A DNA stretch of 64,000 nucleotides from Bythopirellula sp. GTDB lineage: Bacteria > Planctomycetota > Planctomycetia > Pirellulales > Lacipirellulaceae. The notes under the pieces are model-generated. The model worked only from the letters and a program-made list of their open reading frames with translations. It searched no databases and was not told where the DNA came from. Where the stretch lies: contig OZ244170.1 in the NCBI GenBank assembly GCA_965216565.1, forward strand, positions 3,424,001-3,488,000, written 5' to 3'. Numbering within the stretch: position 1 is the stretch's first letter; each line of letters starts with the position of its first letter. A program made the translations under genes and the position numbers. Of the stretch, positions 11,240 to 21,384 are shown in pieces.

Positions 11240-12154
11240 TTAGAGTAGCGACTTCGGTTTCTTTCGCTGGCGCGATTCCAGGGTTGTGCCGTTGGCTGTG
11301 CTGGGCGCACTGGCCACGGGATCGGCGGGGCCGTCGAGATCGTCGCCCTGACGCACCGACTTTAGTCGATCGGTGGCGTACTTCACGTAGTCGTCGGAGA
11401 GTTCGCAACCCAGAAATTCGCGGCCTAGTTTCTTAGCCACCGCGAGTGTTGTGCCGCTACCGGCAAAGGGATCGAGAACCAACTCGCCCTGGTTCGAGCT
11501 CGCACGGATAATCCGCCCCAGCAGTTGCTCGGGCATTTGACAACCGTGGAAGCCTTGCCGTTCTTTGAACGTGCCCGCTACGCGAGAAAAATACCAGGTG
11601 TCTTGCTCCGGATCGAAACCATAGGCATCGCTCTGAAAATCTTGCGGACGCAAGATCCAGGTGTCGTCCGGCAATCGCCCTGCCGGGTTGGCTCGCTTGT
11701 CGCCATAGACCAGCGCCCGAGCCGAAGGGACGCGGATTGCTTTGTCGTCGGCGTTGAAAGTGAACTGCTTTTCGTCTTTCACAAAATGAAACAGATGTGC
11801 GTGCGACCGGCTGAACTTCTTCTTGCAGTTCACGCCAAACGTGTAGTACCACACGACCCAGCTCCGTGTAGAGAATCCGACTTCCCGCTGGGCCGCGACT
11901 TTTAGCTCCGCCGCATACTCATCGCCAATCGCAAGCCAAAACGTACCACTTGGCTTTAGTACCCGATGTACCTCACTAATCCAATCGCTACACCAGGCGA
12001 TGTATTTCTCGTCGTCCTGGCGATCGTCGTACTGGTCGTACTCGAAGCCAATATTAAACGGCGGATCGGCAAACACCAGGTCGACACTTTCGTCGTCGAT
12101 CTTGTGCATCAGCTTCAGGCAATCGCCTTGGTGGATCTTCCCTGACTTGAGCAT
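11240..12154 (-). CDS. Site-specific DNA methyltransferase (N6-adenine/N4-cytosine, beta-type motif order), orphan
   Basis: N-terminal catalytic DPPF; C-terminal SAM-binding [10 protein letters not shown]; no adjacent restriction endonuclease. Confidence 0.92.
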   Translation of the reverse strand: MLKSGKIHQGDCLKLMHKIDDESVDLVFADPPFNIGFEYDQYDDRQDDEKYIAWCSDWISEVHRVLKPSGTFWLAIGDEYAAELKVAAQREVGFSTRSWVVWYYTFGVNCKKKFSRSHAHLFHFVKDEKQFTFNADDKAIRVPSARALVYGDKRANPAGRLPDDTWILRPQDFQSDAYGFDPEQDTWYFSRVAGTFKERQGFHGCQMPEQLLGRIIRASSNQGELVLDPFAGSGTTLAVAKKLGREFLGCELSDDYVKYATDRLKSVRQGDDLDGPADPVASAPSTANGTTLESRQRKKPKSLL

Positions 12155-12158
12155 GGGG

Positions 12159-12240
12159 GATGTTTGATGTGAGATGTGAGATTGTTGATGTCAGACCGAT
12201 CGCGCCTGCTCATGTTAATGAATCTCACAGAAATCTCAAT
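12159..12240. repeat. Degenerate 7-bp tandem array with partial inverted partner
   Basis: GATGTTT GATGTGA GATGTGA GATTGTT GATGTCA (12159-12193); AATCTCACAGAAATCTCAAT (12221-12240). Confidence 0.7.
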
Positions 12241-12300
12241 GCGATGCTACTTCGCACTGAAATCTTGCGACTTTTTAGAGTCACAGAATGTGTGAGGAAA

Positions 12301-12696
12301 TTAATTTGACGCGCGAAGCTCGGCCAGCTTTTGTGCGGTGCCGACGAGTCGATCCCAGTTTTCCTGGATATACTCGGGCGGGCCACCCACTTGGGCCATC
12401 ACCACGGCCGCCTTTTCGGTTGGCACCATTTCGATGGCATCCCAGGGACAGACCAAGAGTTCGTAGGGATTCGATTTCTTACCGGGGATGTGCACGCACA
12501 CTTCGCATCCGACACACCGCTCGAGATCGATCTCGCACCATTGCTGTGTACCCTTGATGATCCCGCGATCGGTTTTCTTCAGCTCGATACAATCGACCGG
12601 GCAGACCTCCAAACACGATTCGCAGCCCGTGCAGTTATCGGCATTGATGATTGCCAACTCCTTGGGGACCTTCTTTCTTGGACCTTGTTTAGCCAT
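12301..12696 (-). CDS. 2x[4Fe-4S] ferredoxin-type protein
   Basis: CTGCESCLEVCP and CVGCEVC...VCPWDAI. Confidence 0.9.
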   Translation of the reverse strand: MAKQGPRKKVPKELAIINADNCTGCESCLEVCPVDCIELKKTDRGIIKGTQQWCEIDLERCVGCEVCVHIPGKKSNPYELLVCPWDAIEMVPTEKAAVVMAQVGGPPEYIQENWDRLVGTAQKLAELRASN

Positions 12697-12961
12697 ATCT
12701 AGTTGCGAGTCTTCAGGCGCCAGGCGCGAGTTTTGCGGAACAATAGCCGCGATCTGATAGATCGCTGGGACATTGTGAAATCTATCACAATCTTACCTTA
12801 CTATCGGCTTGCGGCCAACTGGGGCTTGGGCGGAATTCTCACTAAATGGGCCAGTCCAGCCCGCGTTTCACTGAATAGAGGACTCGTCTAAACTATCTGC
12901 CAGTGGTGGCATTGCTGGCCAATTTATTAGTCGTTGCGGGACTCTCAGTGCGGACTCGATC

Positions 12962-13531
12962 ATGGCCAAGTGGCTCTCCACTCGCAATCTCTCCACTTAC
13001 GCCCTGCTGGCAACAGTTGCTGGTACTGTAGCCGTTCTGCATTGGCTGGGACGAGGCTGGTGGTGTGAATGCGGCAACTCCCAGATTTGGATCGGCGACG
13101 CCAATAGTTCCCATACTTCTCAACACTTTGTCGACCCCTATAGCTTCACGCATTTCCAGCATGGGCTGGTGCTCTTCTGGCTTGTTGGTTGGGCAGGTAA
13201 GAAGCTCAAATTGCCTTGGCAACGCTGGCTAGCAATTACCATCGAGTGTGGCTGGGAAATTCTTGAAAACACGCCGCTAATCATCGACCGCTATCGTCAA
13301 GCCACTGCGGCCCTTGGTTATTCGGGCGATTCGATTTTCAACAGCCTTGGCGATATCGGTTGCTGCCTGGCAGGATTCTACGCCGCTCGCCGTCTCGGTT
13401 GGCGAAACACATGGATTGTGTTCTTCGTCATCGAAGCAGGACTCTTGATCACTATCCGCGATTGCCTACTGATGAACGTGCTGATGCTGGCCGTGGATGT
13501 TCCCTGGCTGAAAGAGTGGCAACAAGGGTAG
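12962..13531 (+). CDS. DUF2585 family membrane protein
   Basis: GRGWWCECG, SSHTSQHFVDPYSFTHFQHG, WEILENTP.II.RYR, YSGDS.FNS, IRD.L..NVLML. Confidence 0.88.
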   Translation: MAKWLSTRNLSTYALLATVAGTVAVLHWLGRGWWCECGNSQIWIGDANSSHTSQHFVDPYSFTHFQHGLVLFWLVGWAGKKLKLPWQRWLAITIECGWEILENTPLIIDRYRQATAALGYSGDSIFNSLGDIGCCLAGFYAARRLGWRNTWIVFFVIEAGLLITIRDCLLMNVLMLAVDVPWLKEWQQG

Positions 13532-13546
13532 GACTCGGATCACACG

Positions 13547-14065
13547 CTACTCAATCGTAATGTCGACCATCAGATCACCCGCTACTCGTTCGAGCGCTGT
13601 GCGGAGCGAATTGGCCGTGACGTTTGCCGGCAGGCGAAGTAAGGCATTGGCGCGGAACAGAGGCTGCCCCGAGTTGGGGGCGTTTGTGCACTCGGTGTTG
13701 AGTTCTTCCACATTCACACCCTGGGCTGCCAGTACTTGGCTCACTTCTCTCACAATTCCTGCACGATCTTGGCCAACGAGTGACAAATGCACTAAGGGGC
13801 TAGATGACTGCTCCCCTTCCGCACTGTCGGGCAGCACAACCGACTGCAAGCCTGAGTCGGTTAGTCCCTTGATAGCAGCAGTGAGCGATTTGGCACCGTC
13901 GGCATCGACCTCCACGCGCAGAATGCCGGCAAACTGTCCTGCCAGGTGCGCCATGCGGCTTTCAATCCAGTTGCCACCGTGCTCGGCGACCAATTCGGAT
14001 AGCGAACCCACCAATCCTGGCCGATCTTGACCGAGAACTGTCAACACAAGGGAAGTCTTACTCAT
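13547..14065 (-). CDS. Tandem-ACT protein, GcvR-like (glycine cleavage regulator family)
   Basis: Two ACT repeats: VLGQDRPGLV..GGNW.ESRM and LVGQDRAGIV..GVNVEEL; ATG at 14065. Confidence 0.88.
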   Translation of the reverse strand: MSKTSLVLTVLGQDRPGLVGSLSELVAEHGGNWIESRMAHLAGQFAGILRVEVDADGAKSLTAAIKGLTDSGLQSVVLPDSAEGEQSSSPLVHLSLVGQDRAGIVREVSQVLAAQGVNVEELNTECTNAPNSGQPLFRANALLRLPANVTANSLRTALERVAGDLMVDITIE

Positions 14066-14075
14066 GGTTAGTGAC

Positions 14076-15368
14076 TTAGCTCTTGGGGATAACTTCGCCG
14101 CGAACGATGTCTTCAAAGGTTTGCCGCTCACGCACTACGTTTGCCTTGCCATTTTCAATCAGTATCTCCGCGGCAAGCGGCTTGCTGTTGTAATTGCTAC
14201 CCATCACTGCGCCGTAAGCACCCGCGCAACCGATTACCAGAAAATCTCCCACGGCAGCTTCGGGAAGTGGCCGACTACTAACGAATCCGCCCTCGTCCTG
14301 CGTAAAAATATCGCCCGACTCGCATAACGGCCCACCTACCACGACTTCGATATCCCTGGGTTGGGGACGACCCGGCTCTCTTTCCCCTGCCGCGTAGCAG
14401 ATTGCCATGGGATGGTAAGCACCATACAGGATCGGCCTCGCCAAATTGTTGAATCCCGCATCGACCAGATAATACAGTTTGGACCCCATCTGCTTGATTG
14501 CACGAATCTCCGCAATCAAACTACCGCACTCAGCGGCCAGGTAACGACCGGGCTCGATCTCCAAGCTCACCGGATGGCCAAATTTTTCAGCCAGTTTCTG
14601 TCGTGTGCTATCCCATAGTTGGTAATAGCCTGAAAGGTCAACCGGCTCGTCTTCATTACGATACGGAGTCGGCACCCCACCGCCGGCGCTAATCGAAGTG
14701 ACCGAGGAGCCCACCTGCGCAGCTATTTTTTCCATCGCTCCGCAGACTTGGCTCAGATGCTCCATGTCGGTGCCCGAGCCAATATGCATGTGCATGCCGG
14801 TGATCGAGATATCGTATTTTGCGGCTCGAGCAATGCAATCATCGACATCAGCGTGCCAGATGCCGTGCTTCGATCCTTCGCCCCCCGTGTTCGTTTTCTG
14901 GCTGTGGCCGTGACCGAAGCCGGGGTTAATCCGCAACGTGATTTCACTCCCCGGCGCCCGTTCGCCCAATTGATTGATCATATCGGGCGAACCGCAGTTG
15001 ACGGGCAGCTTATGCTCTACAACCAAATCTAGCGCTTCGTGATCGAAAATGTCGGCCGTGTAGACGATTTCTGGAGGATCCGTCTTGCCACTCTCGTATC
15101 CTGCTGCCAAGGCTCGGCGAACTTCGCCTGCGCTCACCGCATCGACCACAACGTTGTGTCGCCGCATCAGGTCCAGAATAGCCAGATTCGAACTTGCCTT
15201 CTGGGCGTATCGAATCGTGTCGAATTCAGATAGATCATTGATCCGCTCAACGATGGTGGCAGCGTCGTACACGTAGACGGGCGTGCCAAACTTGCTGGCC
15301 AAATCGCCAATCGAATGGCCAGCTATCTCGCTGACGATGGTGGGAAATCTCTCAGTATGCATTGCCAT
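14076..15368 (-). CDS. lysA: Diaminopimelate decarboxylase
   Basis: GTPVYVYD; PLP lysine YAQKA; HMHIGS; EPGRYL; GPLCESGD; GAYG..MGSNYN. Confidence 0.96.
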   Translation of the reverse strand: MAMHTERFPTIVSEIAGHSIGDLASKFGTPVYVYDAATIVERINDLSEFDTIRYAQKASSNLAILDLMRRHNVVVDAVSAGEVRRALAAGYESGKTDPPEIVYTADIFDHEALDLVVEHKLPVNCGSPDMINQLGERAPGSEITLRINPGFGHGHSQKTNTGGEGSKHGIWHADVDDCIARAAKYDISITGMHMHIGSGTDMEHLSQVCGAMEKIAAQVGSSVTSISAGGGVPTPYRNEDEPVDLSGYYQLWDSTRQKLAEKFGHPVSLEIEPGRYLAAECGSLIAEIRAIKQMGSKLYYLVDAGFNNLARPILYGAYHPMAICYAAGEREPGRPQPRDIEVVVGGPLCESGDIFTQDEGGFVSSRPLPEAAVGDFLVIGCAGAYGAVMGSNYNSKPLAAEILIENGKANVVRERQTFEDIVRGEVIPKS

Positions 15369-15375
15369 GTAGGTT

Positions 15376-15410
15376 CTCTCGACTCTGGGCTCTCAGCTCT
15401 GAACTGTTGA
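15376..15410. repeat. Degenerate 7-bp tandem array
   Basis: CTCTCGA CTCTGGG CTCTCAG CTCTGAA CTGTTGA, just upstream of lysA. Confidence 0.65.
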
Positions 15411-15422
15411 TTCCGTCAGTAT

Positions 15423-15461
15423 AACAAAGCGGGCACCGATCTTACAGCGACCGGTGCCCGC
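15423..15461 (-). terminator. Probable intrinsic terminator of the 15496-17238 gene
   Basis: Stem GCGGGCACCG / CGGTGCCCGC followed by TTTGTT on the minus strand. Confidence 0.7.
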
Positions 15462-15495
15462 GTGAGTTCAACAAATTCCAAGCTTCAGGGATTGG

Positions 15496-17238
15496 CTAGA
15501 AGCCTCGGCCAGCGCCGGCGGCCTGAGCCTGTGCCTGCATGGCCGCCATACCGATGGCACGCAGCACACCCTCTTCCGCTTCGAAGCGAGTGAGGATTCC
15601 ACCCGGTATTGACTTAGCGACGATCCGAATATGATCTCGGCCAGCCGATTCCTCGGAGAGCATGGTGGCGATTCCCTCGACCATGGCTTTCTCATCACCT
15701 TCGACGAATTCAACGGCCATGTTCATGATTTGCTGCAGCGAAATCGTGAATTCCATGGGTGGCACCGCTTTGCCTGGATTGGCAAGTGAAGTGTCGATGA
15801 CCGACTTTGCCGTATCGAGGCATTCACGCCCCAGAGCAAAATAGACAGACTGTTTGCCGATTCCGACGGCTACGTCCATTGTTTCGCCAAAAAGCTGGCG
15901 AGCCTCTTCCTCATCGTCAGGAAGCGGGACTTGCATCGTATGAAAGTTGACGTCGCCATGATTGGCAGCGTCCCATTGGATGCCAGGAAAATCCTCATCC
16001 TTTTCGGCGACTTCCTCGATCTTCTTGAGTCCACTCAAGACTTTGGTTGGCTCGCCAATAAATCCACCAGCGACAAATGTGAGCGAGCTTGGTGCCAGAT
16101 TCAGCACCATCCCGCCATCTAGCATACCCGTCTGCAAAGTTGCCTGTGCGGCATCCAAGAAATCGTCCATGGCACTTTGGACGGTTTGCTTCGCCTCTTC
16201 CGTCTTCAGCTCGGCTTCTTTATCAACGGCTGCCTTTACCTGCTTACGAATGGCACCAAACATTTGCTCAATCTGGGCAATATCGGCCTCCGTCATTTTG
16301 GAGGTAATCGTCATCGTAGCTGCGGCTTCGGGTTGGTAGAAACCTGCAAAATTTGTCTTTGAATCGCCGTACATGGCCACTTGCTCGGCAAGCTTAGAGC
16401 CTTCTACCGCTGTATAGACAAAGTCAAGAAATGCACGTTGCTCACTCCCGTCCAAGGACAAGCCAATGGTTAGCTGATCGATATCGTTAATAAGCTGCTT
16501 GAGCTGCTCGATTTGCATCGCAGTGACTTCTTTGCGTGCTTCGTACTGCTCGTCTGTTTCGTCCTCAAGCTTTCGCAACCCAGCTTGCATACCTTGCTCG
16601 AGAGCATCGACTGCACTCTCCCGGTACGGCTGAGGAATATTTTGGATATCGACCTTGGCACCCAAATCGTAGTCGCCTGTAATCTCCGACAGCAGCTCCG
16701 AGGGATCGTCCGGAATCGATTCCAACATTTGTTGCATGGGTGAAACAAAAGCCCAGCCGTTCTTCTCTTTCAGGAATACCGGTTGTTGGGGAGTTTCGAC
16801 CCGCGTAATGCCGTTTCCGACATCTTCGGTGGTGAACCCAAACAACTGCAATGGTTGGAGTAACTTTTGAAGGTCCGTCACTGGCAGACAAGCTGCTCCG
16901 TTGAACTCCGCGCCATCGGACTGCACGATAACACCAATCGGCTTGGTTTTATCTAAGCCCTGAACGTAGCCCATGATCATTGGCTCGATCATTGCGCCCA
17001 ACTGTGGCTGGCCGGCCAGGCTGCCTGCGAAGTTGATGTCTTCGATCAAGGCGTCGTACCCCGAGAGCGCAATAACGGCCAGCGGTTTCATTTCGCCAGT
17101 CGCTGCCTGTGCGGAGTCGGGTTCTTCCAATAGCACTGCGTCTTGCGCAAAAGCCATAGGCCCAATGGAAGTCCCCAGAACCATAGCGACGCAAAGCGAC
17201 GCCAGGGTTAACCAACGAGAACGTTTGAGATTGATCAC
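15496..17238 (-). CDS. Secreted/periplasmic acidic hypothetical protein
   Basis: 580-aa ORF; signal peptide ending in AFA; RBS AGGAG upstream. Confidence 0.8.
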   Translation of the reverse strand: MINLKRSRWLTLASLCVAMVLGTSIGPMAFAQDAVLLEEPDSAQAATGEMKPLAVIALSGYDALIEDINFAGSLAGQPQLGAMIEPMIMGYVQGLDKTKPIGVIVQSDGAEFNGAACLPVTDLQKLLQPLQLFGFTTEDVGNGITRVETPQQPVFLKEKNGWAFVSPMQQMLESIPDDPSELLSEITGDYDLGAKVDIQNIPQPYRESAVDALEQGMQAGLRKLEDETDEQYEARKEVTAMQIEQLKQLINDIDQLTIGLSLDGSEQRAFLDFVYTAVEGSKLAEQVAMYGDSKTNFAGFYQPEAAATMTITSKMTEADIAQIEQMFGAIRKQVKAAVDKEAELKTEEAKQTVQSAMDDFLDAAQATLQTGMLDGGMVLNLAPSSLTFVAGGFIGEPTKVLSGLKKIEEVAEKDEDFPGIQWDAANHGDVNFHTMQVPLPDDEEEARQLFGETMDVAVGIGKQSVYFALGRECLDTAKSVIDTSLANPGKAVPPMEFTISLQQIMNMAVEFVEGDEKAMVEGIATMLSEESAGRDHIRIVAKSIPGGILTRFEAEEGVLRAIGMAAMQAQAQAAGAGRGF

Positions 17239-17601
17239 AACGATTTCTCCTCTGTTAAGAAATTGGTAATTCGCGTCTCGTAGGTGGTACGAGATATTGG
17301 CTCACAAAACTGTTTGGGTGAGTTTCATTGCGAGGGGCGGGTGCGCACCGCTACACGCAGCGCAAAGGGTCCGCTGGTACTAGTACGCATGTCTGGTTGC
17401 TGGAGTTCCCTACTTAGGCAGGAAATAACCCACCTGGGAAATGCAGCAGACCGCCAGTTATAACGCTATTCGCCACCACGTACGAGATTATTGGCAGCGT
17501 TGGACAGAAAATAGTCGAGAAACCCAAACGAAACACGTGCACAATCTACAAATCGCTCCGTAGATTCACACAATTTGGGGGGGCTAACTGGCAGAACGGG
17601 C

Positions 17602-17826
17602 TTATCGTTCTCGATAGGTGATACGTCCCTTGGTCAGGTCGTAGGGGGACAGTTCCACCCGTACCTTGTCACCGGGAACGATACGGATGAAGTGCTTGCG
17701 CATTCTTCCTGCCACATGGGCCTGGACGATATGTCCGCCTTCGATTTCAACGCGGAAACGCGTATTGGCTAGGGCCTGGGTTACAACACCCTCGACCTCG
17801 AGTGCCTCTTCTTTTTGCTTTGCCAT
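17602..17826 (-). CDS. infA: Translation initiation factor IF-1
   Basis: [23 protein letters not shown]...[44 protein letters not shown]. Confidence 0.98.
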   Translation of the reverse strand: MAKQKEEALEVEGVVTQALANTRFRVEIEGGHIVQAHVAGRMRKHFIRIVPGDKVRVELSPYDLTKGRITYRER

Positions 17827-18127
17827 AAACTCCTCAATGAGAGATGCTTCAAGTAGAACTAACAGACAACTATTCGGGCCATTCCGGCCAATGTCAACTC
17901 GCAAGCATAGCACGCGGCAGTACTTGCGTCGAGAGTTTACATCCAGCCTCGTGGAGAAATCCAGCAGTTTTAAGGCCTGAAACCAAAATCACCGCCGATA
18001 CCCCCACTTCTCCACCGTTGTTCTAAGAGTCTTGCCGGAAGCTTCAATTTCAGCCTAATTTGCCAGTTATCGCGATTGCCGAGCCCCGCAAATGTGCGAA
18101 TACACCCGCTAGCACCCGCTCCCCCGT

Positions 18128-18162
18128 TTGACGTAACTCGTTTGCGGGCGACAATGTATGAT
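18128..18162 (+). promoter_or_regulatory. Candidate sigma-70 promoter of the GAF-HlyD operon
   Basis: TTGACG-16 nt-GACAAT, with an alternative -10 TATGAT at 18157. Confidence 0.4.
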
Positions 18163-18289
18163 AGGGGGCAAAGCAGCCAAGTGACTTCTGTGGCGGGCTA
18201 TCTAGCCCACTCCCCTATCACTCGCAAACTGCTTGCATAATGGTCTGTTTTTTGGCTCTGTAGGCACGTTTTATAGCGATTTATTCTCA

Positions 18290-20425
18290 GTGAGCACTTC
18301 TCCCCACTCCAATCCTTCGCAAGGCTCGGCTCAACCACCGTCTGGCTCGGTTGACGAAGACGCCGTCCAACGTGCAAAGCACGAAATCCAAGGGCTCGTC
18401 CAAGAGGTCGTCGAGCTTTCCCGCTCGGAGATCGAACCCGCCGAATTCTATGCGGCTCTGATGGACAAATCGATTTCCGCTTTAGCAGCAATTGGCGGCG
18501 TGGTGTGGATCCAAGAAGAAGGCGCGCCACTCAAGCTGGAATACCAAGTCAACCTGCGACAAACCGGTTTGGCCGAGAGCGAAGAAGCGCAAATCCAGCA
18601 TGGTCGATTGCTGCAGCAGGTCATCGAAAAAGGCGAGCCGACGCTCGTGCAGCCCCACTCGGGAACAGGCGCCGCTGCGGACGGCGACGAAAATGCTGCA
18701 GCAAATCCGACCGACTACCTATTGGTGCTAGCCCCCATCAAGAGCGACCGAGGCGTTGACGGAGTGGTTGAGGTGTTTCAGCGCACCGGCGCCCGACCGA
18801 CCACACAGCGCGGTTATCTCCGCTTTCTCAATCAAATCTGCGAACTTGCAGGCGAGTACGTCAAGACCCGACGACTACGGCACTTCGCCACGAAGCAATC
18901 TTTATGGGAGCAGCTTGAAGCCTTTACGGCGCTGGTGCACGAATCGCTGAATTCCCGCGAGACTGCCTACACGATTGCCAACGAAGGGCGGCGCTTGGTG
19001 GGCTGCGATCGAGTAACCGTCGCCTTGAAAAAGGGCAGCAAATATCAGATTGCCGCCATCAGCGGGCAAGATACGTTCGACAAACGATCCAATGTTGTGC
19101 GGATGCTCCGCAAATTGGCCACGGTTGTTTCCAAATCGGGCGAAGACCTGTGGTTTACCGGAGATACTTCCGACTTGGCCCCGCAAGTTGAAAAAGCGGT
19201 GAACGCTTACGTCGACGAATCGCACACCAAGCAAATTGCTGTCCTGCCCCTTCGCGAGCCAAGCGACGAAGAGGACAAGCCAGGCGAGCCCAAGAAAAAG
19301 AAGCGTGAAAACATTCTCGGCACGATCATCATTGAACAACTCGTTGATAGTCGCCAGCCTGAAGGAATGTTACAACGTATCGACGTGGTGCGGCGACATA
19401 GCTCTACCTCGCTTACCAACGCGCAGGAACATGAAAGCTTATTCCTGATGCCTCTTTGGCGATTGCTGGGCAAAACAAGTGTGCTCGTTACCGCCCGCAA
19501 TCTGCCCAAGACGATTCTCGGCCTGGCGGCACTAATCGGCGTTATCAGTGCCCTGTGCTATGTGCCTTACGAATTCACCGTGGTTGCCGAAGGCAAAATG
19601 TTGCCCGAAGTGCGTCGAGATATTTTTGCCACGATCGACGGTATGGTGGAAGAAGTTCATGTCGATCACGGCGATTTGGTGAGCCAAGGACAATTGCTCA
19701 CGGTGCAGTCGAGCATTGAACTGCAGGAGCAGGCAATCCAACTGCAAGGACGTCTGGCAGAAACCATCGAAGAGCTCTCTTCCTTAGAGCAACAACGCAA
19801 ACTGCTGGATCCAATCGAAGCCGACCCAGCAGAGATGGAACGACTTACCGGGCAGATCACCCAACGCCACGAATCCCGGCTTGCGCTTGAGAAGCAACTT
19901 GCTTTGCTAGACACCAAGAAAGAAATGCTGCGGACGACCAGTCCTATCGACGGCCGTTTAGTGACCTGGAAACTGCGTGAGTTGATCGAGAATCGCCGCG
20001 TCAGCAAGGGTCAAAGGCTAATGGAAATTGCCGATCCCTCCAGCGATTGGGAGCTTGAGATTCAGGTTCCTGAAGCCAAGATGGGACATATCGTCGAACG
20101 ACTGAAAACAATTCAGGCGGACGACCCCGATGCAATGCTGGAAGTTTCCTTCATTCTCGAAACCCATTCTGACGAACGCCTCACGGGACGAATTCACAAA
20201 ATCGACACGAATGCCGAGGTTCATGGCGAAGACGGCAACACTGTGAAAATGGTCGTGAAGTTTGACCAGGAAGAATTGAAGCGAGTTGTGGCCGATCCGG
20301 CTAATGAGCTGAAGGTTGGTGCCGATGTCAAAGCAAAAGTCCTCTGCGGCAAACGGGCCATAGGCTACGTTTGGTTCTCCGACCTGTTCGAGTTTGTGCA
20401 GTCGCGGATCTTGTTCCGCTTCTAA
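18290..20425 (+). CDS. GAF-domain(s) + TM + HlyD-like membrane-fusion (periplasmic adaptor) protein
   Basis: N-terminal GAF-like segments (LLVLAPIKSDRGVDGVVEVFQ; CDRVTVA..IAAISG; IAVLPL); one TM; lipoyl halves ATIDGMVEEVHVDHGDLVSQGQLL and SPIDGRLV around a coiled coil; GTG start inferred. Confidence 0.85.
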   Translation: MSTSPHSNPSQGSAQPPSGSVDEDAVQRAKHEIQGLVQEVVELSRSEIEPAEFYAALMDKSISALAAIGGVVWIQEEGAPLKLEYQVNLRQTGLAESEEAQIQHGRLLQQVIEKGEPTLVQPHSGTGAAADGDENAAANPTDYLLVLAPIKSDRGVDGVVEVFQRTGARPTTQRGYLRFLNQICELAGEYVKTRRLRHFATKQSLWEQLEAFTALVHESLNSRETAYTIANEGRRLVGCDRVTVALKKGSKYQIAAISGQDTFDKRSNVVRMLRKLATVVSKSGEDLWFTGDTSDLAPQVEKAVNAYVDESHTKQIAVLPLREPSDEEDKPGEPKKKKRENILGTIIIEQLVDSRQPEGMLQRIDVVRRHSSTSLTNAQEHESLFLMPLWRLLGKTSVLVTARNLPKTILGLAALIGVISALCYVPYEFTVVAEGKMLPEVRRDIFATIDGMVEEVHVDHGDLVSQGQLLTVQSSIELQEQAIQLQGRLAETIEELSSLEQQRKLLDPIEADPAEMERLTGQITQRHESRLALEKQLALLDTKKEMLRTTSPIDGRLVTWKLRELIENRRVSKGQRLMEIADPSSDWELEIQVPEAKMGHIVERLKTIQADDPDAMLEVSFILETHSDERLTGRIHKIDTNAEVHGEDGNTVKMVVKFDQEELKRVVADPANELKVGADVKAKVLCGKRAIGYVWFSDLFEFVQSRILFRF

Positions 20426-20475
20426 AGATAGGCATGCCGGCACAATTAAGGGGCCCCTCCCGAGGAACATTCAAG

Positions 20476-21378
20476 ATGATTTCATTTAAAGCAGTGCTTG
20501 TTGTTTGTTTGATTGCGCAGAACGGAACGACGAGCCCCGGTTCTGGAGCCACCAGCGACAATCCTGTGCTGGCTCCCTGTCTCATTCGGCTCAAGAGCGA
20601 GAACGAGATTCGCATCCCAGCGCAGGAAGCGGGCGTGCTGATCGAAATGCCAGTCATTGAAGGCACGAAGGTGAATAAGGGAGATCTGTTAGCCAGAATT
20701 GATGACCGCGAGGCCAAAGCCACATTACAAATCACCGAATACGCCCTCGATTCAGCCAACAAGAAAGCGGAAGAAGATATCGAGATCCGATATGCCCAGG
20801 CAGCCGAGGCAGTCGCCAAAGTGGATTTAATTCAAGATCAGAAGGCGAATATTACACAACCAGGCGCTGTGCCAGAGATTGAAATCCGCCGCAAGAAGCT
20901 CGACTTAAGACGTTCCACACTACAAATCGAGAAAGCACAAAAAGATCAAGTTCTGGCTGGGCTAGAGGCTAAGACAAAAGCAGCCGAACGAGACGCTGCT
21001 AAGATGGCGCTCGACTGGCGAACCATCGTGGCGGCTTTCGATGGAGAAGTCGTCGACACCTACCGGCACCGCTCGGAATGGGTGAATCCAGGTGATCCCA
21101 TCTTGAAGCTGGCCAGATTTGACGAACTGCACGTGGAAGGAACGGCAAATGCCGACAACTACGATCGCGTGGAGCTTCAAGGCAAACCGGTCACCGTCAA
21201 GGTGGCACGTGCTCGCGGTCGAGAGATACGAATCGAAGGCAAAATTGTGTATGTCGATCCGATTGTTCGTTCCGACGGCAGCTACATCGTATTAGCCGAG
21301 ATCAAGAACAAGCAGGAAGCGGGTAGTTGGCTCATTCAACCTGGTCTGAGAGCCAGCATGACAATTCACCTGAAATAG
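20476..21378 (+). CDS. HlyD family periplasmic adaptor subunit
   Basis: Signal-like N-terminus; IPAQEAGVL.EM.V.EG.KV.KGDLLARIDD; coiled coil; IVAAFDGEV...SEWVNPGDPI; IQPGLRASM. Confidence 0.9.
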   Translation: MISFKAVLVVCLIAQNGTTSPGSGATSDNPVLAPCLIRLKSENEIRIPAQEAGVLIEMPVIEGTKVNKGDLLARIDDREAKATLQITEYALDSANKKAEEDIEIRYAQAAEAVAKVDLIQDQKANITQPGAVPEIEIRRKKLDLRRSTLQIEKAQKDQVLAGLEAKTKAAERDAAKMALDWRTIVAAFDGEVVDTYRHRSEWVNPGDPILKLARFDELHVEGTANADNYDRVELQGKPVTVKVARARGREIRIEGKIVYVDPIVRSDGSYIVLAEIKNKQEAGSWLIQPGLRASMTIHLK

Positions 21379-21384
21379 CCACGC

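Noticed and set aside
15369..15495. Lysine riboswitch upstream of lysA
   Set aside because: The gap is too short and is occupied by a terminator hairpin and a heptamer array.
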